Of a DNA stretch of 64,000 nt, positions 33,001 through 48,000 are shown in pieces. The position numbers and the translations under genes are program-made. A model generated the notes under the pieces. That model ran no database searches and was not told where the DNA came from. It was given only the letters and a program-made list of their open reading frames with translations. The DNA lies in the NCBI GenBank assembly GCA_964016885.1, contig OZ024745.1:4898001-4962000 (forward strand), in the 5' to 3' direction. Position 1 is the first letter of the stretch; each line of letters starts with the position of its first letter. The DNA is from Eledone cirrhosa (taxonomy: Eukaryota).

Positions 33001-36000
33001 GAGACAATAGTGATGACAGTAACCATCACCATCACTATCAGGATTATATTGATGGGAGAAACAATAGAGATGACAGTAACCATCAACATCACCATCAAGA
33101 TTATATTGATGGGAGAGACAATAGTGATGACAGTAACCATCACCATCACTATCAGGATTATATTGATGGGAGAAACAATAGTGATGACAGTAACCATCAC
33201 TATCACCATCAAGATTATATTGATGGGAGAGACAATAGTGATGACAGTAACCATCACCATCAAGATTATATTGATGGCAGAGACAATAGTGATGACAGTA
33301 ACCATCACCATCAGGATTGTATTGATGGGAGAGACAATAGTGATGACTGTAACCATCACCATCAAGATTATATTGATGGGAGAGACAATAGTGATGACAG
33401 TAACCATCACCATCAAGATTATATTGATGGGAGAGACAATAGTGATGACAGTAACCATCACCATCACCATCAGGATTATATTGATGGGAGAAACAATAGT
33501 GATGACAGTAACCATCACTATCACCATCAAGATTATATTGATGGGAGAGACAATAGTGATGACAGTAACCATCACCATCAAGATTATATTGATGGCAGAG
33601 ACAATAGTGATGACAGTAACCATCACCATCACCATCAGGATTGTATTGATGGGAGAGACAATAGTGATGACAGTAACCATCACCATCAAGATTATATTGA
33701 TGGGAGAGACAATAGTGATGACAGTAACCATCACCATCAGGATTATATTGATGGGAGAGACAATAGTGATGACACTAACCATCACCATCAGGATTATATT
33801 GATGGGAGAGACAATAGTGATGACAGTAACCATCACCATCAAGATTATATTGATGGGAGAGACAATAGTGATGACAGTAACCATCACCATCACCATCAGG
33901 ATTATATTGATGGGAGAGACAATAGTGATGACAGTAACCATCACCATCAAGATTATGTTGATGGGAGAGACAATAGTGATGGCAGTAACCATCACCATCA
34001 GCATTATATTGATGGGAGAGACAATTGTGATGACAGTAACCATCACCATCAAGATTATATTGATGGGAGAGACAATAGTGATGACAGTAACCATCACCAT
34101 CAGGATTATATTGATGGGAGAGACAATAGTGATGACAGTAACCATCACCATCAGGATTATATTGATGGGAGAGACAATAGTGATGACAGTAACCATCACC
34201 ATCAAGATTATATTGATGGGAGAGACAATAGTGATGACAGTAACCATCACCATCACCATCAGCATTATATTGATGGGAGAAACAATAGTGATGACAGTAA
34301 CCATCACCATCAGCATTATATTGATGGGAGAGACAATAGTGATGACAGTAACTATCACCATCAAGATTATATTGATGGGAGAGACAATAGTGATGACAGT
34401 AACCATCACCATCAGGATTATATTGATGGGAGAGACAATAGTGATGACAGTAACCATCACCATCAGGATTGTATTGATGGGAGAGACAATAGTGATGACA
34501 GTAACCATCACCATCAAGATTATATTGATGGGAGAGACAATAGTGATGACAGTAACCATCACCATCAGGATTATATTGATGGGAGAGACAATAGTGATGA
34601 CAGTAACCATCACCATCAAGATTATATTGATGGGAGAGACAATAGTGATGACAGTAACCATCACCATCAGCATTATATTGATGGGAGAGACAATAGTGAT
34701 GACAGTAACCATCACCATCAAGATTATATTGATGGGAGAGACAATAGTGATGACAGTAACCACCACCATCACTATCAGGATTATATTGATGGGAGAAACA
34801 ATAGTGATGACAGTAACCATCACCATCACCATCAAGATTATATTGATGGGAGAGACAATAGTGATGACAGTAACCATCACCATCAAGATTATATTGATGG
34901 GAGAGACAATAGTGATGACAGTAACCATCACCATTAAGATTATATTGATGGGAGAGACAATAGTGATGACAGTAACCATCACCATCAAGATTATATTGAT
35001 GGGAGAGACAATAGTGATGACAGTAACCATCACTATCAAGATTATATTCATGGGAGAGACAATAGTGATGACAGTAACCATCACCATCAGCATTATATTG
35101 ATGGGAGAAACAATAGTGATGACAGTAACCATCACCATCAGCATTATATTGATGGGAGAGACAATAGTGATGACAGTAACCATCACCATCAAGATTATAT
35201 TGATGGGAGAGACAATAGTGATGACAGTAACCATCACCATCAGGATTGTATTGATGGGAGACAATAGTGATGACAGTAACCATCACCATCAAGATTATAT
35301 TGATGGGAGAGACAATAGTGATGACAGTAACCATCACCATCAGGATTATATTGATGGCAGAGACAATAGTGATGACAGTAACCATCACCATCAAGATTAT
35401 ATTGATGGGAGAGACAGTGATGACAGTAACCATCACCATCAGCATTATATTGATGGGAGAGACAATAGTGATGACAGTAACCATCACCATCAAGATTATA
35501 TTGATGGTAGAGACAATAGTGATGACAGTAACCATCACCATCACTATCAGGTTTATATTGATGGGAGAAACAATAGTGATGACAGTAACCATCACCATCA
35601 AGATTATATTGATGGGAGAGACAATAGTGATGACAGTAACCATCACCATCAATATTATATTGATGGGAGAGACAATAGTGATGACAGTAACCATCACCAT
35701 CAGCATTATATTGATGGGAGAGACAATAGTGATGACAGTAACCATCACCATCACCATCAAGATTATATTGATGGGAGAGACAATAGTGATGACAGTAACC
35801 ATCACCATCAAGATTATATTGATGGGAGAGACAATAGTGATGACAGTAACCATCACTATCAAGATTATATTGATGGGAGACACAATAGTGATGACAGTAA
35901 CCATCACCATCACCATCAGCATTATATTGATGGGAGAAACAATAGTGATGACAGTAACCATCACCATCAGCATTATATTGATGGGAGAGACAACAGTGAT

Positions 36001-39000
36001 GACAGTAACCATCACCATCAAGATTATATTGATGGGAGAGACAATAGTGATGACAGTAACCATCACCATCAGGATTATATTGACGGGAGAGACAATAGTG
36101 ATGACAGTAACCATCACCATCAGGATTGTATTGATGGGAGAGACAATAGTGATGACAGTAACCATCACCATCAATATTATATTGATGGGAGAGACAATAG
36201 TGATGACAGTAACCATCACCATCAGGATTATATTGATGGGAGAGACAATAGTGATGACAGTAACCATCACCATCAAGATTATATTGATGGGAGAGACAAT
36301 AGTGATGACAGTAACCATCACCATCAGCATTATATTGATGGGAGAGACAATAGTGATGACAGTAACCATCACCATCAAGATTATATTGATGGGAGAGACA
36401 ATAGTGATGACAGTAACCATCACCATCACTATCAGGATTATATTGATGGGAGAAACAATAGAGATGACAGTAACCATCAACATCACCATCAAGATTATAT
36501 TGATGGGAGAGACAATAGTGATGACAGTAACCATCACCATCACTATCAGGATTATATTGATGGGAGAAACAATAGTGATGACAGTAACCATCACTATCAC
36601 CATCAAGATTATATTGATGGGAGAGACAATAGTGATGACAGTAACCATCACCATCAAGATTATATTGATGGCAGAGACAATAGTGATGACAGTAACCATC
36701 ACCATCAGGATTGTATTGATGGGAGAGACAATAGTGATGACTGTAACCATCACCATCAAGATTATATTGATGGGAGAGACAATAGTGATGACAGTAACCA
36801 TCACCATCAAGATTATATTGATGGGAGAGACAATAGTGATGACAGTAACCATCACCATCACCATCAGGATTATATTGATGGGAGAAACAATAGTGATGAC
36901 AGTAACCATCACTATCACCATCAAGATTATATTGATGGGAGAGACAATAGTGATGACAGTAACCATCACCATCAAGATTATATTGATGGCAGAGACAATA
37001 GTGATGACAGTAACCATCACCATCACCATCAGGATTGTATTGATGGGAGAGACAATAGTGATGACAGTAACCATCACCATCAAGATTATATTGATGGGAG
37101 AGACAATAGTGATGACAGTAACCATCACCATCAGGATTATATTGATGGGAGAGACAATAGTGATGACACTAACCATCACCATCAGGATTATATTGATGGG
37201 AGAGACAATAGTGATGACAGTAACCATCACCATCAAGATTATATTGATGGGAGAGACAATAGTGATGACAGTAACCATCACCATCACCATCAGGATTATA
37301 TTGATGGGAGAGACAATAGTGATGACAGTAACCATCACCATCAAGATTATGTTGATGGGAGAGACAATAGTGATGGCAGTAACCATCACCATCAGCATTA
37401 TATTGATGGGAGAGACAATTGTGATGACAGTAACCATCACCATCAAGATTATATTGATGGGAGAGACAATAGTGATGACAGTAACCATCACCATCAGGAT
37501 TATATTGATGGGAGAGACAATAGTGATGACAGTAACCATCACCATCAGGATTATATTGATGGGAGAGACAATAGTGATGACAGTAACCATCACCATCAAG
37601 ATTATATTGATGGGAGAGACAATAGTGATGACAGTAACCATCACCATCACAATCAGCATTATATTGATGGGAGAAACAATAGTGATGACAGTAACCATCA
37701 CCATCAGCATTATATTGATGGGAGAGACAATAGTGATGACAGTAACTATCACCATCAAGATTATATTGATGGGAGAGACAATAGTGATGACAGTAACCAT
37801 CACCATCAGGATTATATTGATGGGAGAGACAATAGTGATGACAGTAACCATCACCATCAGGTTTGTATTGATGGGAGAGACAATAGTGATGACAGTAACC
37901 ATCACCATCAAGATTATATTGATGGGAGAGACAATAGTGATGACAGTAACCATCACCATCAGGATTATATTGATGGGAGAGAAATAGTGATGACAGTAAC
38001 CATCACCATCAAGATTATATTGATGGGAGAGACAATAGTGATGACAGTAACCATCACCATCAGCATTATATTGATGGGAGAGACAATAGTGATGACAGTA
38101 ACCATCACCATCAAGATTATATTGATGGGAGAGACAATAGTGATGACAGTAACCATCACCATCACTATCAGGATTATATTGATGGGAGAAACAATAGTGA
38201 TGACAGTAACCATCACCATCACCATCAAGATTATATTGATGGGAGAGACAATAGTGATGACAGTAACCATCACCATCAAGATTATATTGATGGGAGAGAC
38301 AATAGTGATGACAGTAACCATCACCATTAAGATTATATTGATGGGAGAGACAATAGTGATGACAGTAACCATCACCATCAAGATTATATTGATGGGAGAG
38401 ACAATAGTGATGACAGTAACCATCACTATCAAGATTATATTCATGGGAGAGACAATAGTGATGACAGTAACCATCACCATCAGCATTATATTGATGGGAG
38501 AAACAATAGTGATGACAGTAACCATCACCATCAGCATTATATTGATGGGAGAGACAATAGTGATGACAGTAACCATCACCATCAAGATTATATTGATGGG
38601 AGAGACAATAGTGATGACAGTAACCATCACCATCAGGATTGTATTGATGGGAGACAATAGTGATGACAGTAACCATCACCATCAAGATTATATTGATGGG
38701 AGAGACAATAGTGATGACAGTAACCATCACCATCAAGATTATATTGATGGGAGAGACAATAGTGATGACAGTAACCATCACCATCAGCATTATATTGATG
38801 GGAGAGACAATAGTGATGACAGTAACCATCACCATCAAGATTATATTGATGGTAGAGACAATAGTGATGACAGTAACCATCACCATCACTATCAGGTTTA
38901 TATTGATGGGAGAAACAATAGTGATGACAGTAACCATCACCATCAAGATTATATTGATGGGAGAGACAATAGTGATGACAGTAACCATCACCATCACCAT

Positions 39001-42000
39001 CAGGATTATATTGATGGGAGAGACAATAGTGATGACAGTAACCATCACCATCACATCAGGATTATATTGATGGGAGAGTCAATAGTGATGACAGTAACCA
39101 TCACCATCAGGATTATATTGATGGGAGAGACAATAGTGATGACAGTAACCATCACCATCAGGATTATATTGATGGGAGAGACAATAGTGATGACAGTAAC
39201 CATCACCATCAAGATTATATTGATGGGAGAGACAATAGTGATGACAGTAACCATCACCATCACCATCAGGATTATATTGATGGGAGAGTCAATAGTGATG
39301 ACAGTCACCATCACCATCAAGATTATGTTGATGGGAGAGACAATAGTGATGGCAGTAACCATCACCATCAGCATTATATTGATGGGAGAAACAATAGTGA
39401 TGACAGTAACCATCACCATCAAGATTATATTGATGGGAGAGACAATAGTGATGACAGTAACCATCACCATCACCATCAGGATTATATTGATGGGAGAGAC
39501 AATAGTGATGACAGTAACCATCACCATCAAGATTATATTGATGGGAGAGACAATAGTGATGACAGTAACCATCACCATCAGGATTATATTGATGGGAGAG
39601 ACAATAGTGATGACACTAACCATCACCATCAGGATTATATTGATGGGAGAGACAATAGTGATGACAGTAACCATCACCATCAAGATTATATTGATGGGAG
39701 AGACAATAGTGATGACAGTAACCATCACCATCACCATCAGGATTATATTGATGGGAGAGACAATAGTGATGACAGTAACCATCACCATCAAGATTATGTT
39801 GATGGGAGAGACAATAGTGATGGCAGTAACCATCACCATCAGCATTATATTGATGGGAGAGACAATTGTGATGACAGTAACCATCACCATCAAGATTATA
39901 TTGATGGGAGAGACAATAGTGATGACAGTAACCATCACCATCAGGATTATATTGATGGGAGAGACAATAGTGATGACAGTAACCATCACCATCAGGATTA
40001 TATTGATGGGAGAGACAATAGTGATGACAGTAACCATCACCATCAAGATTATATTGATGGGAGAGACAATAGTGATGACAGTAACCATCACCATCACCAT
40101 CAGCATTATATTGATGGGAGAAACAATAGTGATGACAGTAACCATCACCATCAGCATTATATTGATGGGAGAGACAATAGTGATGACAGTAACTATCACC
40201 ATCAAGATTATATTGATGGGAGAGACAATAGTGATGACAGTAACCATCACCATCAGGATTATATTGATGGGAGAGACAATAGTGATGACAGTAACCATCA
40301 CGATCAGGATTGTATTGATGGGAGAGACAATAGTGATGACAGTAACCATCACCATCAAGATTATATTGATGGGAGAGACAATAGTGATGACAGTAACCAT
40401 CACCATCAGGATTATATTGATGGGAGAGACAATAGTGATGACAGTAACCATCACCATCACTATCAGGATTATATTGATGGGAGAAACAATAGTGATGACA
40501 GTAACCATCACCATCACCATCAAGATTATATTGATGGGAGAGACAATAGTGATGACAGTAACCATCACCATCAAGATTATATTGATGGGAGAGACAATAG
40601 TGATGACAGTAACCATCACCATTAAGATTATATTGATGGGAGAGACAATAGTGATGACAGTAACCATCACCATCAAGATTATATTGATGGGAGAGACAAT
40701 AGTGATGACAGTAACCATCACTATCAAGATTATATTCATGGGAGAGACAATAGTGATGACAGTAACCATCACCATCAGCATTATATTGATGGGAGAAACA
40801 ATAGTGATGACAGTAACCATCACCATCAGCATTATATTGATGGGAGAGACAATAGTGATGACAGTAACCATCACCATCAAGATTATATTGATGGGAGAGA
40901 CAATAGTGATGACAGTAACCATCACCATCAGGATTGTATTGATGGGAGACAATAGTGATGACAGTAACCATCGCCATCAAGATTATATTGATGGGAGAGA
41001 CAATAGTGATGACAGTAACCATCACCATCAGGATTATATTGATGGGAGAGACAATAGTGATGACAGTAACCATCACCATCAAGATTATATTGATGGGAGA
41101 GACAATAGTGATGACAGTAACCATCACCATCAGCATTATATTGATGGGAGAGACAATAGTGATGACAGTAACCATCACCATCAAGATTATATTGATGGTA
41201 GAGACAATAGTGATGACAGTAACCATCACCATCACTATCAGGTTTATATTGATGGGAGAAACAATAGTGATGACAGTAACCATCACCATCAATATTATAT
41301 TGATGGGAGAGACAATAGTGATGACAGTAACCATCACCATCAATATTATATTGATGGGAGAGACAATAGTGATGACAGTAACCATCACCATCAGCATTAT
41401 ATTGATGGGAGAGACAATAGTGATGACAGTAACCATCACCATCACCATCAAGATTATATTGATGGGAGAGACAATAGTGATGACAGTAACCATCACCATC
41501 AAGATTATATTGATGGGAGAGACAATAGTGATGACAGTAACCATCACTATCAAGATTATATTGATGGGAGACACAATAGTGATGACAGTAACCATCACCA
41601 TCACCATCGGCATTATATTGATGGGAGAAACAATAGTGATGACAGTAACCATCACCATCAGCATTATATTGATGGGAGAGACAACAGTGATGACAGTAAC
41701 CATCACCATCAAGATTATATTGATGGGAGAGACAATAGTGATGACAGTAACCATCACCATCAGGATTATATTGACGGGAGAGACAATAGTGATGACAGTA
41801 ACCATCACCATCAGGATTGTATTGATGGGAGAGACAATAGTGATGACAGTAACCATCACCATCAATATTATATTGATGGGAGAGACAATAGTGATGACAG
41901 TAACCATCACCATCAGGATTATATTGATGGGAGAGACAATAGTGATGACAGTAACCATCACCATCAAGATTATATTGATGGGAGAGACAATAGTGATGAC

Positions 42001-45000
42001 AGTAACCATCACCATCAGCATTATATTGATGGGAGAGACAATAGTGATGACAGTAACCATCACCATCAAGATTATATTGATGGGAGAGACAATAGTGATG
42101 ACAGTAACCATCACCATCACTATCAGGATTATATTGATGGGAGAAACAATAGAGATGACAGTAACCATCAACATCACCATCAAGATTATATTGATGGGAG
42201 AGACAATAGTGATGACAGTAACCATCACCATCACTATCAGGATTATATTGATGGGAGAAACAATAGTGATGACAGTAACCATCACTATCACCATCAAGAT
42301 TATATTGATGGGAGAGACAATAGTGATGACAGTAACCATCACCATCAAGATTATATTGATGGCAGAGACAATAGTGATGACAGTAACCATCACCATCTAG
42401 ATTGTATTGATGGGAGAGACAATAGTGATGACTGTAACCATCACCATCAAGATTATATTGATGGGAGAGACAATAGTGATGACAGTAACCATCACCATCA
42501 AGATTATATTGATGGGAGAGACAATAGTGATGACAGTAACCATCACCATCACCATCAGGATTATATTGATGGGAGAAACAATAGTGATGACAGTAACCAT
42601 CAATATCACCATCAAGATTATATTGATGGGAGAGACAATAGTGATGACAGTAACCATCACCATCAAGATTATATTGATGGCAGAGACAATAGTGATGACA
42701 GTAACCATCACCATCACCATCAGGATTGTATTGATGGGAGAGACAATAGTGATGACAGTAACCATCACCATCAAGATTATATTGATGGGAGAGACAATAG
42801 TGATGACAGTAACCATCACCATCAGGATTATATTTAAGGGAGAGACAATAGTGATGACAGTAACCATCACCATCAAGATTATATTGATGGGAGAGACAAT
42901 AGTGATGACAGTAACCATCACCATCACCATCAAGATTATATTGATGGGAGAGACAATAGTGATGACAGTAATCATCACCATCAGGATTATATTGATTGGA
43001 GAGACAATAGTGATGACAGTAACCATCACCATCAGGATTATATTGAATGGCGAGACAATAATGATGTCAGTAACCATCACCATCACCATCAGGATTATAT
43101 TGATGGGAGAGACAATAGTGATGACAGTAACCATCACCATCAGGATTATATTGATGGGAGAGACAATAGTGATGACAGTAACCATCACCATCAGGATTAT
43201 ATTGATGGGAGAGACAATAGTGATGACAGTAACCATCACCATCAAGATTATTTTGATGGGAGAGACAATAGTGATGACAGTAACCATCACCATCAGGATT
43301 ATATTGATGGGAGAGACAATAGTGATGACAGTAACCATCACCATCACCATCAGGATTATATTGATGGGAGAGACAATAGTGATGACAGTAACCATCACCA
43401 TCAGGATTATATTGATGGGAGAGAGAATAGTGCTGACAGTAACCACCACCATCAGGATTATATTGATGAGAGAGACAATAGTGATGACAGTAACCATCAC
43501 CAAGATTATATTGATGGGAGAGACAATAGTGATGACAGTAACCATCACCATCAAGATTATATTGATGGGAGAGACAATAGTGATGACAGTAACCATCACT
43601 ATCAAGATTATATTCATGGGAGAGACAATAGTGATGACAGTAACCATCACCATCAGCATTATATTGATGGGAGAAACAATAGTGATGACAGTAACCATCA
43701 CTATCAGCATTATATTGATGGGAGAGACAATAGTGATGACAGTAACCATCACCATCAAGATTATATTGATGGGAGAGACAATAGTGATGACAGTAACCAT
43801 CACCATCAGGATTGTATTGATGGGAGACAATAGTGATGACAGTAACCATCACCATCAAGATTATATTGATGGGAGAGACAATAGTGATGACAGTAACCAT
43901 CACCATCAGGATTATATTGATGGGAGAGACAATAGTGATGACAGTAACCATCACCATCAAGATTATATTGATGGGAGAGACAATAGTGATGACAGTAACC
44001 ATCACCATCAGCATTATATTGATGGGAGAGACAATAGTGATGACAGTAACCATCACCATCAAGATTATATTGATGGGAGAGACAATAGTGATGACAGTAA
44101 CCATCACTATCAGGATTATATTGATGGGAGAAACAATAGTGATGACAGTAACCATCACCATCACCATCAAGATTATATTGATGGGAGAGACAATAGTGAT
44201 GACAGTAACCATCACCATCAATATTATATTGATGGGAGAGACAATAGTGATGACAGTAACCATCACCATCAGCATTATATTGATGGGAGAGACAATAGTG
44301 ATGACAGTAACCATCACCATCACCATCAAGATTATATTGATGGGAGAGACAATAGTGATGACAGTAACCATCACCATCAAGATTATATTGATGGGAGAGA
44401 CAATAGTGATGACAGTAACCATCACTATCAAGATTATATTGATGGGAGAGACAATAGTGATGACAGTAACCATCACCATCACCATCAGCATTATATTGAT
44501 GGGAGAAACAATAGTGATGACAGTAACCATCACCATCAGCATTATATTGATGGGAGAGACAACAGTGATGACAGTAACCATCACCATCAAGATTATATTG
44601 ATGGGAGAGACAATAGTGATGACAGTAACCATCACCATCAGGATTATATTGACGGGAGAGACAATAGTGATGACAGTAACCATCACCATCAGGATTGTAT
44701 TGATGGGAGAGACAATAGTGATGACAGTAACCATCACCATCAATATTATATTGATGGGAGAGACAATAGTGATGACAGTAACCATCACCATCAGGATTAT
44801 ATTGATGGGAGAGACAATAGTGATGACAGTAACCATCACCATCAAGATTATATTGATGGGAGAGACAATAGTGATGACAGTAACCATCACCATCAGCATT
44901 ATATTGATGGGAGAGACAATAGTGATGACAGTAACCATCACCATCAAGATTATATTGATGGGAGAGACAATAGTGATGACAGTAACCATCACCATCACTA

Positions 45001-48000
45001 TCAGGATTATATTGATGGGAGAAACAATAGAGATGACAGTAACCATCAACATCACCATCAAGATTATATTGATGGGAGAGACAATAGTGATGACAGTAAC
45101 TATCACCATCACTATCAGGATTATATTGATGGGAGAAACAATAGTGATGACAGTAACCATCACTATCACCATCAAGATTATATTGATGGGAGAGACAATA
45201 GTGATGACAGTAACCATCACCATCAAGATTATATTGATGGCAGAGACAATAGTGATGACAGTAACCATCACCATCAGGATTGTATTGATGGGAGAGACAA
45301 TAGTGATGACTGTAACCATCACCATCAAGATTATATTGATGGGAGAGACAATAGTGATGACAGTAACCATCACCATCAAGATTATATTGATGGGAGAGAC
45401 AATAGTGATGACAGTAACCATCACCATCACCATCAGGATTATATTGATGGGAGAAACAATAGTGATGACAGTAACCATCACTATCACCATCAAGATTATA
45501 TTGATGGGAGAGACAATAGTGATGACAGTAACCATCACCATCAAGATTATATTGATGGCAGAGACAATAGTGATGACAGTAACCATCACCATCACCATCA
45601 GGATTGTATTGATGGGAGAGACAATAGTGATGACAGTAACCATCACCATCAAGATTATATTGATGGGAGAGACAATAGTGATGACAGTAACCATCACCAT
45701 CAGGATTATATTGATGGGAGAGACAATAGTGATGACAGTAACCATCACCATCACCATCGGGATTATATGATGGGAGAGACAATAGTGATGACAGTAACCA
45801 TCACCATCACCATCAAGATTATATTGATGGGAGAGACAATAGTGATGACAGTAATCATCACCATCACGATTATATTGATTGGAGAGACAATAGTGATGAC
45901 AGTAACCATCACCATCAGGATTATATTGAATGGCGAGACAATAGTGATGACAGTAACCATCACCATCACCATCAGGATTATATTGATGGGAGAGACAATA
46001 GTGATGACAGTAACCATCACCATCAGGATTATATTGATGGGAGAGACAATAGTGATGACAGTAACCATCACCATCAGGATTATATTGATGGGAGAGACAA
46101 TAGTGATGACAGTAACCATCACCATCAAGATTATTTTGATGGGAGAGACAATAGTGATGACTGTAACCATCACCATCAGGATTATATTGATGGGAGAGAC
46201 AATAGTGATGACAGTAACCATCACCATCACCATCAGGATTATATTGATGGGAGAGACAATAGTGATGACAGTAACCATCACCATCAGGATTATATTGATG
46301 GGAGAGAGAATAGTGCTGACAGTAACCATCACCATCAGGATTATATTGATGAGAGAGACAATAGTGATGACAGTAACCATCACCAAGATTATATTGATGG
46401 GAGAGACAATAGTGATGACAGTAACCATCACCATCAGGATTATATTGATGAGAGAGACAATAGTGATGACAGTAACCATCACCATCAGAATTATATTGAT
46501 GGGAGAGACAATAGTGATGACAGTAACCATCACCATCACCATCAAGATTATATTGATGGGAGAGACAATAGTGATGACAGTAACCATCACCATCAGGATT
46601 ATATTGATGGGAGAGACAATAGTTATGACAGTAACCATCACCATCACCATCAAGATTATATTGATGGGACAGACAATAGTGATGACAGTAACCATCACCA
46701 AGATTATATTGATTGGAGAGACAATTGTAATGACAGTAACCATCACCATCAAGATTATATTGATGGGAGAGACAATAGTGATGGCAGTAACCATCACCAT
46801 CAAGATTATATTGATGGGAGAGACAATAGTGATGACAGTAACCATCACCATCGACATCAAGATTATATTGATGGGAGAGACGATAGTGATGACAGTAACC
46901 ATCACCATCAGGATTATATTGATGGGAGAAACAATAGTGATGACAGTAACCATCACCATCAGCATTATATTGATAGGAGAGACAATAGTGATAACAGTAA
47001 CCATCACCATCAGGATTATATTGATGGAAGAGAGAATAGTGATGACAGTAACCATCACCATCAAGATTATATTGATGGGAGAGACAATAGTGATGAGAGT
47101 AACCATCACCATGAAGATTATATTGATGGGAGAGACAATAGTGATGACAGTAACCATCACTATCAAGATTATATTGATGGGAGAGACAATAGTGATGACA
47201 GTAACCATCACCATCAGTATTATATTGATGGGAGAAACAATAGTGATGACAGTAACCATCACCATCAAGATTATATTGATGGGAGAGAAATAGTGATGAC
47301 AGTAACCATCACCATCACCATCAGGATTATATTGATGGGAGAGACAATAGTGATGACAGTAACTATCACCATCAAGATTATATTGATGGGAGAGATAATA
47401 GTGATGACAGTAACCATCACCATCAAGATTATATTGATGGGAGAGACAATAGTGATGACAGTAATCATCACCATCAGGATTATATTGATTGGAGAGACAA
47501 TAGTGATGACAGTAACCATCACCATCAGGATTATATTGAATGGCGAGACAATAGTGATGACAGTAACCATCACCATCACCTTCAGGATTATATTGATGGG
47601 AGAGACAATAGTGATGACAGTAACCATCACCATCAGGATATATTGATGGGAGAGACAATAGTGATGACAGTAACCATCACCATCAGGATTATATTGATGG
47701 GAGAGACAATAGTGATGACAGTAACCATCACCATCAAGATTATATTGATGGGAGAGACAATAGTGATGACAGTAACCATCACCATCAGGATTATATTGAT
47801 GTGAGAGACAATAGTGATGACAGTAACCATCACCATCAGGATTATATTGATGGGAGAGACAATAGTGATGACAGTAACCATCACCATCAGGATTATATTG
47901 ATGGGAGAGACAATAGTGCTGACAGTAACCATCACCATCACCATCAAGATTATATTGATGGGAGAGACAATTGTGATGACAGTAACCATCAGCATCACCA

